Source of the DNA: an uncultured Erysipelotrichaceae bacterium
Lineage (GTDB): Bacteria > Bacillota_I > Bacilli_A > Erysipelotrichales > Erysipelotrichaceae
Reading direction: 5' to 3'
DNA length: 32,000 bases
NCBI GenBank assembly: GCA_964401865.1
Contig: CAYNZZ010000011.1
Span: forward strand, 8,771 to 40,770
Shown in pieces: positions 8,516 through 16,214 of the stretch (positions are counted from its first letter, which is position 1; every line of letters starts with the position of its first letter). Both the position numbers and the translations under genes were made by a program. The notes below the pieces were generated by a model, which searched no databases, was not told the origin of the DNA, and saw only the letters and a program-made list of their open reading frames with translations.

Positions 8516-9392
8516 TAAAAAAGCTTGGTTATACTTGCTACCGGCCATATTATTTTTAGCGGTATTTATGATTTATCCTTTAATAGATGTTTTTATCTAT
8601 TCTTTTGAAGAGGGATATAATTCGGCATCTCAGAGCTATTTTGGAATTGGCCTATATAACTATCAGTACATTTTGCGTGACCCCTATTTTATTCAAGCGT
8701 TAAACAACACCATTATCTTGGTATTTATTACAGTACCGGTATCAACTATTATTTCTTTACTTATTTCTTTGGCACTTAGCTCAATAAAGAAACTAAGAGA
8801 TCTGTTTCAAACGATATATTTTTTGCCGTATGTTACAAATACCTTAGCAGTAGGACTGGTATTCATGATTTTATTTAAACCTACTGCTTACAGTGATGGA
8901 TTGATGAATATGCTTCTTGGTTTATTTAATATTAGCCCTATTGATTTTATTAATGGTCCTTATTGGGCTAAGATGCTGGTTTTATGCATCTATACTATTT
9001 GGGTAGTTATGCCTTTCAAGATTCTGATTTTAACCAGCGCTTTAGCTTCAGTTGATAAAGAATACTATGATGCTGCTAAAATTGATGGCACTAGTAAACT
9101 TAGAACCTTCTTTAAGATTACCTTACCAATGATTTCGCCAATGTTATTTTATCTAGTTATCACTGGTTTTATTGGAGCTTTTAAAGCTTATTCTGATGCG
9201 GTTGCCTTATTTGGGACAAATCTTAATGCAGCCGAAATGAACACGATTGTAGGTTATATATACGATATGTTATATGGAGCTGCTGGTGGTTATCCATCTT
9301 TTGCGTCGGCGGCGGCGATTGTATTATTTATCATTGTCCTAACCATTACTTGTATCAATATTATCGTTTCGCGAAAATATGTGCATTATTGA
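8502..9392 (+). CDS. ABC transporter permease (MalF/UgpA-like, CUT1)
   Basis: Multi-TM protein with EAA loop 'YDAAKIDGTSKLRTFFKITLPMISP'. 14-nt overlap with the ATPase gene. Confidence 0.88.
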   Translation: MEKNNKKAWLYLLPAILFLAVFMIYPLIDVFIYSFEEGYNSASQSYFGIGLYNYQYILRDPYFIQALNNTIILVFITVPVSTIISLLISLALSSIKKLRDLFQTIYFLPYVTNTLAVGLVFMILFKPTAYSDGLMNMLLGLFNISPIDFINGPYWAKMLVLCIYTIWVVMPFKILILTSALASVDKEYYDAAKIDGTSKLRTFFKITLPMISPMLFYLVITGFIGAFKAYSDAVALFGTNLNAAEMNTIVGYIYDMLYGAAGGYPSFASAAAIVLFIIVLTITCINIIVSRKYVHY

Positions 9393-9399
9393 GGTTTTT

Positions 9400-10272
9400 A
9401 TGAAAAAAAAGACTTATGAATCTTTGATTGCGAAAGAAAATCGAAAAAAGAAATTTTGGAACTTTTTTAAGTACATCTTTTTAATTTTTTGGGCAATCGT
9501 AGTATTATTTCCGTTTTATTGGATGATATTGTCATCACTTAAATCTTATAGTGCATACAACACTGAATATATACCGCAGTTTATTACTTTGAATCCAACT
9601 TTAGAAAATTATGCTTATGCTTTAAATGAAGTGCCGCTATTAAAATATTTTTTTAATACTTTAATATTTGCGATCATTACAACAATGATTATGCTAGTGG
9701 TTACTGTTTTAGCGGCCTATGCATTTGCTAGACTTAAATTTAGAGGCAAAAACCTATTGTTTACCATCTTTTTATCTTTAATGATGATTCCTAATGAATT
9801 GGTTATAATTACAAATTTTGTCACCATTACCAATTGGAATATGCGCAATACCTTCATAGGACTCATTCTTCCATCGATAACTTCTGTCTTTTACATTTAT
9901 CTTTTAAAGGAAAATTTCTCGCAGGTACCAGATGAATTGTACTATGCTGCCAAGGTAGATGGCACTAGTGATTTTAAGTATTTGTTTAAAGTTATGATAC
10001 CGATATGTAAGCCAACTATCATTACGATAACCATCTTAAAGATTATTGAATGTTGGAACTCCTATGTTTGGCCTAGATTAATCACTGATAATCAAAATTA
10101 TTTTCTAGTATCAAATGGAATACAGACTATTCGTGAGTCGGGATTTGGCCGTGAAAATATACCGGCTATGATGGCGGCGGTAGTAATGATTTCGATTCCT
10201 CTGATTATTCTGTTTTTAATTTTTAGAAAGAAAATTATGCAGGGAGTATCTAAAGGAGGATTAAAAGGATGA
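9400..10272 (+). CDS. ABC transporter permease (MalG/UgpE-like, CUT1)
   Basis: EAA loop 'YYAAKVDGTSDFKYLFKVMIPICKP'. The likely start is ATG 9400 (GAGG upstream). The track start at 9379 overlaps the previous gene. Confidence 0.88.
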   Translation: MKKKTYESLIAKENRKKKFWNFFKYIFLIFWAIVVLFPFYWMILSSLKSYSAYNTEYIPQFITLNPTLENYAYALNEVPLLKYFFNTLIFAIITTMIMLVVTVLAAYAFARLKFRGKNLLFTIFLSLMMIPNELVIITNFVTITNWNMRNTFIGLILPSITSVFYIYLLKENFSQVPDELYYAAKVDGTSDFKYLFKVMIPICKPTIITITILKIIECWNSYVWPRLITDNQNYFLVSNGIQTIRESGFGRENIPAMMAAVVMISIPLIILFLIFRKKIMQGVSKGGLKG

Positions 10273-11846
10273 AGAAGATTATACTATGTCTTTTGATGTT
10301 TGTTTCTTTATCTGCTTGCCATGGTTCTAAAGATATCGGAACTTTTACAGTTTTGGATAATTTTGATGAAAGTGTGAATTACGAACTGACTTTTTGGGCG
10401 AAAAATGACACTAATAAAACACAGGTTGCCATTTATGAAAAAGCGATTTCAGACTTTGAAGAACTATATCCCAATATTAAAATCAATCTTAGATTATATA
10501 CCGATTATGGTCGAATATATAATGATGTAATCACTAATATTCAAACCGGCACTACGCCGAATGTTTGCATCACTTATCCTGATCATATCGCTACTTATAT
10601 CAGCGGTGATGATATTGTTGTTCCGCTCGATAAGCTAATCGAAGATGAAAAATATGGATTGGGTGGCAAGGAATTGAAGTTTCAAAGCGTTAAGAAAGAC
10701 GAGATAATTTCTAGTTTTTTAAAAGAAGGTGAAATAAAGGGCGTTAGCTATGCTTTACCTTTTATGCGTTCCACTGAAGCTTGTTATGTAAATAAGACTT
10801 ATGTTGAAAAGTTAGGGTTTGAAATACCTGAAATTCTTACGTGGGATTTTATTTATGAAGTTTCCACTAAAGCGATGGAAAAAGATGATAATGGCAATTT
10901 TCTTGTTAATGGTCAGAATATTTTAATTCCGGTTATTTATAAGTCAACTGATAATATGATGATTCAAAGTTTATACCAGTTGGGCGAGTTTTATACTGAT
11001 GAAAATGCTAACATCGGATTATTTAATGATACAACCAAAGAAATATTGTTTAAGATTGCCGATGCTACTGAAAAAGGATTATTTTCGACATTTAAAATTT
11101 CAAGCTATCCTGCTAATTTTTTGAATGCAGGGCAATGCATCTTCGCTATTGATTCAACAGCTGGTGCTACATGGATGGGCAGTGAAGCACCACTAATTGA
11201 TATTAGCGAAGATAAGATTGTTAATTTTGAAACGGTAGTAAAAGAAGTTCCACAACTAGATGTAGATAATATCAAGATGATATCACAGGGTCCTTCACTA
11301 TGCATTTTTAACAAGGAAGATAAAGGCGAAGTATTGGCTTCATGGATATTTATGCAATATCTTTTGACTAACGAAGTGCAAATAGCTTATGCAGAAACTG
11401 AAGGCTATGTTCCGGTTACAAATAATGCTTTAAATGATAGCTCATATCAAGAATATCTAAATAGCGAAGGCATGGACAGTGATGCTCATTACGATGTTAA
11501 GATCAAGGCTTCTAAGATGCTTCTTGAACATCTTGATGATACTTTTGTGACGGATGTCTATAATGGTTCGGCTTCACTTCGCGATGCTGCTGGGCAACTG
11601 ATTGAAAATGTGGTCAAATCCGTCAGAAGAAAAGAGACGATTGATGATAAATATATGGAGAATCTGTTTAATGATGTCGCTTCTTTATATCATTTAGATC
11701 AAATTGGAGGAAATCAGGAAATAAACAGAGAGCTTGGCCCTCTGCCTACGACATCAATTGTATTGATTAGTGTTTTAGCTATTATTTGGATTTTGATTGT
11801 TAGCTATTTTATAAATGATAGGGCTGCCAATAAGCATAAGTCGTAA
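10269..11846 (+). CDS. ABC transporter substrate-binding lipoprotein (family 1 SBP) with an extra C-terminal TM segment
   Basis: Signal peptide plus lipobox 'LMFVSLSAC'. SBP-like body of 525 aa. C-terminal 'TTSIVLISVLAIIWILIVSYFI' followed by NDRAANKHKS. ATGA overlap with the permease stop; SD GGAGGA at 10255-10260. Confidence 0.8.
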   Translation: MKKIILCLLMFVSLSACHGSKDIGTFTVLDNFDESVNYELTFWAKNDTNKTQVAIYEKAISDFEELYPNIKINLRLYTDYGRIYNDVITNIQTGTTPNVCITYPDHIATYISGDDIVVPLDKLIEDEKYGLGGKELKFQSVKKDEIISSFLKEGEIKGVSYALPFMRSTEACYVNKTYVEKLGFEIPEILTWDFIYEVSTKAMEKDDNGNFLVNGQNILIPVIYKSTDNMMIQSLYQLGEFYTDENANIGLFNDTTKEILFKIADATEKGLFSTFKISSYPANFLNAGQCIFAIDSTAGATWMGSEAPLIDISEDKIVNFETVVKEVPQLDVDNIKMISQGPSLCIFNKEDKGEVLASWIFMQYLLTNEVQIAYAETEGYVPVTNNALNDSSYQEYLNSEGMDSDAHYDVKIKASKMLLEHLDDTFVTDVYNGSASLRDAAGQLIENVVKSVRRKETIDDKYMENLFNDVASLYHLDQIGGNQEINRELGPLPTTSIVLISVLAIIWILIVSYFINDRAANKHKS

Positions 11847-11925
11847 TAATTTCAGATAAAGTTCATATACAAAATAAAAAATAGTATATAATAACAATGT
11901 TCGTATGAACAAAAAGGAGAAGAAA

Positions 11926-12726
11926 ATGAAAAAAATTTCTGTATTACTCATGTCACTACTTATGGCATTTGCATTAACTGCATGTGGTTCATCAAACAAT
12001 GATCCAAAGCCAACTGATACAACTACTCCGGAACCAACCGAAACAACAGACTCTAGCGATTCAATTGATTCTAGCAAGGCTATTAATTATGAAACCTACT
12101 TAGCAACTGCACTTGATGAAGAAGTTGTTGTAGAAACTTATGTACAGGCTACCCAATCTTGGTGGGATAATCAGATCACAATCTACTCACAAGATAAAGA
12201 TGGTGGCGCATATTTCATCTATAATGCTAAATGTTCTGAAGAAGATGCAGAAAAACTAGTTCCCGGTACAAAGATTCTTGTTCAAGGATATAAGGGTGAA
12301 TGGGCCGGAGAAGTAGAGATCATGGATGCTCATTTTGAAATTATTGAAGGTGATACATTTGTATCTGAACCTATCGATGCTACTGATAAATTAGGGACTG
12401 ATGAATTATCTTCATTGCAAAACCAAAAAGTTTCATTCACTGGTTTAACCGTTGAACCATCTGTTGATCCTGAAGGAAAAGAGGTGGCTTTCTTATACAG
12501 TTATGACGGTTCAGGAACAAGAGAAGGCAATTCTGACCTTTACTTCAATGTTTCTTTAAATGGCGAAACTTATTCGTTTGTAGTTGAATCTTATTTAACA
12601 AACAACGAAAGTGAAGTTTATAAGGCTGTTGAAAACTTAAATATTGGTGATGTAATTGATTGTGAAGGTTTCTTGTACTGGTATGAAGGAGTTAATCCAC
12701 ACATCACTTCAATTAGTGTTAAATAA
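11926..12726 (+). CDS. lipoprotein of unknown function (Thr/Pro/Ser linker followed by two OB-fold-like repeats)
   Basis: SD AAGGAG upstream of ATG 11926; the track start at 11905 has none. Signal 'MKKISVLLMSLLMAFALTAC' with a lipobox, then linker 'PKPTDTTTPEPTETTDSSDS'. The OB-like call is weak pattern recognition only. Confidence 0.65.
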   Translation: MKKISVLLMSLLMAFALTACGSSNNDPKPTDTTTPEPTETTDSSDSIDSSKAINYETYLATALDEEVVVETYVQATQSWWDNQITIYSQDKDGGAYFIYNAKCSEEDAEKLVPGTKILVQGYKGEWAGEVEIMDAHFEIIEGDTFVSEPIDATDKLGTDELSSLQNQKVSFTGLTVEPSVDPEGKEVAFLYSYDGSGTREGNSDLYFNVSLNGETYSFVVESYLTNNESEVYKAVENLNIGDVIDCEGFLYWYEGVNPHITSISVK

Positions 12727-12755
12727 ACGAAAGTTTTATTTCTTAATTAAAGCAA

Positions 12756-12786
12756 AGGGTTTAGAGTAATATCTAAGCTCTTTTTA
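12756..12786 (+). terminator. rho-independent terminator after the lipoprotein gene
   Basis: AGGGTTTAG (12756-12764) pairs with CTAAGCTCT (12773-12781) as 9 bp including 2 G-U pairs. An 8-nt loop is followed by TTTTTAT. Confidence 0.5.
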
Positions 12787-12787
12787 T

Positions 12788-13456
12788 AACCCGTTGTGCA
12801 AACGCTTACATTATTGTATTTTTGAAATAAATACAAGTAGTTCTTTTAAGTTTTCGGATTTTACTTATAAAGATATGCAAACTTATTTGATTAATTTGAA
12901 AACCAAAAACTACTGGCATACTAAGTTAGTGTTTGAAATGTTTGGAATGGAGTTATAAAACGAAAATAAAACAAATTATTGGGATAAAAATAAAACAGGT
13001 TTTTCTAATTTGACTACCAAAAGTGGAACGAGTTTAGTATATGAAATCGAAGAATATGTTCCGTTAAAGGCTGATAAAACAGGAACCTACTTATCCACAT
13101 TAGTTAATGGCATGAGAAATTACATCGCTAGCAAGGGGTTTAGTTATGCGGTTAATTCATATTCATGTGATTTAGATAACGATACTTTGCCTGAAAACTA
13201 TATTTTTACTGTTAAACAAGATATTTTGAATGAAAGACCATCAATTGTCATAGTTGGCAAAGAATCGCAGTATCTTTATGAAGATGGGACTCCGTTGGGT
13301 AATGGTGTTAATCATGCGTTGCTAGTTAAAGGAATGACCTATGCAACAGATTCTTCTATGGATGAGATAATAAAATATATTGTTTGGGATCCATATAATT
13401 GGGAAGCTAGACAGAATTGTGCGGTATATTCTATAATTAGGATTAACATATGGTGA
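12788..13456 (+). pseudogene. remnant of a papain-like (C39_2/C47-like) cysteine peptidase, with the His-containing C-terminal half retained and the N-terminus lost or interrupted
   Basis: The TTG-initiated ORF 13010-13456 has no SD. It contains 'KTGTYLSTLVNGMRNYIASKG', 'RPSIVIVGKE' and 'VNHALLVKGMTYA...YIVWDPYNWE', a typical '...H.v.v.Gy....v.DPw' layout. The same frame stays open upstream to 12770 apart from an in-frame TAA at 12956-12958, and no credible start or catalytic-Cys block remains. Confidence 0.4.
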
Positions 13457-14208
13457 ACGGAATTAACTTTTTAAAGATGACATTGTCTGTTAGTTTTTCT
13501 GTTTTTTTAGTCGCTTGTAGCGATGCAAATTCTATATCACCAGAAATTACGCCAACCGTTCAAACACCAGCCTGTATTGGCATTGAAGAAGTTCCTTATG
13601 CATTTTGTGAATATAAAGAAGAACCGTTTGAGTATGATAATTCTTGGAGTAAAAATAAACTTTTATATGAAGGACATTTTGAATATTTGGATTATGATGT
13701 TTTTAACGGATTTAATAAAGAATACTTTACTCAGGGAGATTCCTTGCCGATTGTAAAGAGTAGAGATTGTTTAAAAAAATATGATAATAGTGATGAATTG
13801 CTTGGCTATAAAAGCGAAGATGAATGTGTTTGTGAAATATTAAATGATGAACAATACTATTACGATATTAACGAAGCGATTAAAGGCATAGATATTAATG
13901 CGAATTTTAATTATGTTTATTATCCAAGTGGTTTTCCAACCGATTTTGGAATCGCTTATAAAGATACGCTATTTTATAAAGCGACGAACCTAGGTGAAAA
14001 TATTATTCCGATACCTTCTTGTTACAGGGATTTGTGGTTTGTTGGGAAAAATGAATTCTACCAAAATCCTAGTCAATTATTGAAAAAAATAGTTAGAAAT
14101 GGTGAAAGAAATATGTTTTTAGAGCTTTTTGCGTGCGAAACAGAGGATTGTTTTTTCTTATCAGTAAGACTTGATGGCGTGTTAGCATATGGATATGTTA
14201 TTAAATGA
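13450..14208 (+). CDS. Cys-rich lipoprotein of unknown function
   Basis: SD AGGA at 13439-13442, 7 nt before ATG 13450. Signal 'MVNGINFLKMTLSVSFSVFLVAC' with a lipobox. Eight further Cys residues. No family recognised. Confidence 0.55.
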   Translation: MVNGINFLKMTLSVSFSVFLVACSDANSISPEITPTVQTPACIGIEEVPYAFCEYKEEPFEYDNSWSKNKLLYEGHFEYLDYDVFNGFNKEYFTQGDSLPIVKSRDCLKKYDNSDELLGYKSEDECVCEILNDEQYYYDINEAIKGIDINANFNYVYYPSGFPTDFGIAYKDTLFYKATNLGENIIPIPSCYRDLWFVGKNEFYQNPSQLLKKIVRNGERNMFLELFACETEDCFFLSVRLDGVLAYGYVIK

Positions 14209-14248
14209 TAGTTTGAACATATTTTAAATATATTTAAACTTAACAAAT

Positions 14249-14278
14249 TACACAAACTTTTGTAAATTGTTTTATAAT
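14249..14278 (+). promoter_or_regulatory. candidate zupT promoter placed for a leaderless transcript
   Basis: -10 TATAAT at 14273-14278 and -35-like TACACA at 14249-14254 with an 18-nt spacer. The A of ATG 14285 is the 7th nt after the -10. There is no SD in between. Confidence 0.3.
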
Positions 14279-14284
14279 TTATCT

Positions 14285-15052
14285 ATGAAACAGGAATATA
14301 TTGCTTTATTAATGGCATTAGGTGCTGGCATGGCGACGCTTATTGGTGGTTTTATCGTTTTCTTTACTAATGATAAAAACGAAAAGATGCTATCAATATG
14401 TTTGGGGTTGGCTTGTGGTGTGATGCTTAGCGTGTCTTTTTTAGATTTATATCCAAGTGGAGTGGAGTCACTAAAAATAGCTTATAGTGAAAATATTGCT
14501 ATATTGATTGGTGTTATAGCTTTTGCTTTGGGTATTATTACAAGTGCTTTACTAGACCATTTTGTGCCTCATGATGTCGATGAACATCACAATGCCGAAC
14601 ATCAAGATTTATATCGCTTAGGTATGTTTTCAATGATCGCTATTGCATTGCATAATTTTCCTGAAGGTATTGCCACTTATGTATCGTCGCTTAATGATTT
14701 GACACTTGGAATGAGTATTATGATAGCTATTACTTTGCATAATATTCCCGAAGGAATTGTGGTAGCCATTCCAGTTTACTATGCAACTAAGAATAAACTA
14801 AAAGCTATTTTCTATACTTTTGTGAGTGGTTTTAGCGAATTTATTGGTGCTTTTTTAGCTTTCTTGGTTTTAGGCCCATTTATATCTGATGCGCTGTTAG
14901 GAATTTTGCTGGTTTTTGTGGGTGGATTGATGGTTTATATCGCTTTAGAAGAGTTGCTTCCAGAATCTAGACAATATGGCTATTCAAGGGTTGCACTGTG
15001 GGCGATGTTTGTTGGCATTTTGATTATGCCATTAACTCATGCGATATTATAA
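14285..15052 (+). CDS. zupT: ZIP-family zinc transporter ZupT
   Basis: Collinear with E. coli ZupT from memory. ZIP signatures 'LHNFPEGIATYV' and 'LHNIPEGIVVAIPVY', plus a His-rich loop 'HDVDEHHNAEH'. The track TTG start at 14267 is less likely than ATG 14285. Confidence 0.88.
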   Translation: MKQEYIALLMALGAGMATLIGGFIVFFTNDKNEKMLSICLGLACGVMLSVSFLDLYPSGVESLKIAYSENIAILIGVIAFALGIITSALLDHFVPHDVDEHHNAEHQDLYRLGMFSMIAIALHNFPEGIATYVSSLNDLTLGMSIMIAITLHNIPEGIVVAIPVYYATKNKLKAIFYTFVSGFSEFIGAFLAFLVLGPFISDALLGILLVFVGGLMVYIALEELLPESRQYGYSRVALWAMFVGILIMPLTHAIL

Positions 15053-15055
15053 AAA

Positions 15056-15075
15056 AATCCTCATTGCTGAGGATT
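15056..15075. terminator. hairpin shared by the convergent zupT and ispG genes
   Basis: AATCCTCA (15056-15063), loop TTGC, TGAGGATT (15068-15075). It is preceded by A7 on the + strand, which reads as a T-run for the - strand ispG transcript. The + strand side has a weak U-tract. The hairpin overlaps the last codons of ispG. Confidence 0.5.
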
Positions 15076-16128
15076 GAATTCTTCGATTTCTTTCTTTAAT
15101 ATTTCAAATATTTGATCTTGAGGGATGGATTTTATAATCTGTCCTTTTTTAAACAAAATAGCTGCATCTTTTCCGCCGGCTACTCCAATATCAGCTCTTG
15201 AAGCTTCTTGAGGTCCATTAACTGGACAACCCATAATAGCGACAGTGATATCTTTATTGACAGTATCAAGGTATTTTTCCATTTTTCTGACGATAGGCAA
15301 CATATCGTATTGAATTCTGCCACAAGTAGGGCATGCGACTAAAGTTGGAACATCTTTTTTCAGATTACATGTTTTTAATAATTTTTTGCATACCTTTATT
15401 TCTTCGATCGGATCATCACTTACTGATATTCTCATTGTGTCGCCTATACCATCTAATAATAGGTTACCAAGAGCTAAAGATGACTTAATTGCTGAATCTA
15501 AAAGTCCTCCTGCCTCGGTTACTCCTAAGTGCAAAGGATAATCAAAGGTTTCGGCAGCTAAACGATATGCTTTTATCGTTTCTAAAGCATCTGATGATTT
15601 AAATGAAAGACAAATATCATGGAAATCAAGCGATTCAAGTATTTTGATATGATCCTTAGCGCTTTCGATCATTGCTTCTTCGGAGTGTTTGTACTTCTTG
15701 TTTAATGAACCGGCATTTATGCCTATTCTTATTGGAATATTTCTTTGTTTACACAATTTTACAATCTCTTTAATCTTAGATTCATCTTCGATATTTCCTG
15801 GATTAAGACGAATTTTATCGACACCATTTAAAATGGCGGCAATTGCAAAATCGGGATTGAAATGGATGTCGGCAACAATTGGTACTGATACTTGTTTTTT
15901 TATCTCTTTGATTGCCGTTGCATCATCGAGATCGAGTATTGCAACACGAACAATTTCAGTTCCAATATCGCTCAAGGCATTTATTTGTTTGACTGTTTCT
16001 TTAATATTCTTGGTTTTGGTGTTGGTCATTGATTGGATAACAACTTTGTTTTGTCCGCCAATCAAGATATTTCCGACTTTGACAGGACGAGTTTCAATTC
16101 TTTTTTTCATATTTCCATTATACACCAT
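15061..16128 (-). CDS. ispG: 4-hydroxy-3-methylbut-2-en-1-yl diphosphate synthase (MEP pathway)
   Basis: Motifs 'VIQSMTNTKT', 'VADIHF', 'IRLNPGNI', 'IRIGINAGSL' and 'HLGVTEAGG'. Fe-S cysteines in 'VACPTCGR' and 'GCPVNGPQEA'. An alternative start is ATG at 16110 (MKKRIETRP...). Confidence 0.92.
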   Translation of the reverse strand: MVYNGNMKKRIETRPVKVGNILIGGQNKVVIQSMTNTKTKNIKETVKQINALSDIGTEIVRVAILDLDDATAIKEIKKQVSVPIVADIHFNPDFAIAAILNGVDKIRLNPGNIEDESKIKEIVKLCKQRNIPIRIGINAGSLNKKYKHSEEAMIESAKDHIKILESLDFHDICLSFKSSDALETIKAYRLAAETFDYPLHLGVTEAGGLLDSAIKSSLALGNLLLDGIGDTMRISVSDDPIEEIKVCKKLLKTCNLKKDVPTLVACPTCGRIQYDMLPIVRKMEKYLDTVNKDITVAIMGCPVNGPQEASRADIGVAGGKDAAILFKKGQIIKSIPQDQIFEILKKEIEEFNPQQ

Positions 16129-16137
16129 TAAAATCTT

Positions 16138-16166
16138 TTAGATATTTATTATTTGTGTGGTAAAAT
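16138..16166 (+). promoter_or_regulatory. candidate glgP promoter (extended -10)
   Basis: TGgTAAAAT at 16158-16166, with TTAGAT at 16138-16143 and a 17-nt spacer. SD AGGAGG lies 8 nt before ATG 16215. Confidence 0.4.
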
Positions 16167-16214
16167 GTTTTTGCATTAAAACTATTAAAAATGGATATAC
16201 AGGAGGATAATTAG

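Noticed and set aside
11775-12077. A 100-aa - strand ORF spanning the SBP/lipoprotein junction.
   Set aside because: It overlaps two well-supported + strand genes and their SD and promoter region. It has no SD or motif of its own.
12902-12990. An apparent 66-nt internal duplication in the peptidase remnant (KNYWH and TNYWD, 22 codons apart).
   Set aside because: Similarity is limited to about 11 of 14 nt around the NYW codons and fades immediately. That is insufficient to call a repeat.
14223-14238. The 16-nt perfect palindrome TTTAAATATATTTAAA as a Zur or AdcR box.
   Set aside because: It does not match the Zur (TCGTAAT-N-ATTACGA-like) or AdcR (TTAACNNGTTAA) consensus as I recall them. Pure A/T palindromes are expected by chance at this composition. 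It is kept only as a note within the zupT finding.
15689-16141. A 150-aa + strand ORF opposite ispG.
   Set aside because: The - strand encodes a complete, motif-rich IspG. The + strand product is a hydrophobic, low-information mirror ORF.
16129-16214. A CcpA cre site upstream of glgP.
   Set aside because: No sequence fits TGWAANCGNTNWCA. The closest candidate, ATGTTTTTGCATT, lacks the central CG and the flanking symmetry.
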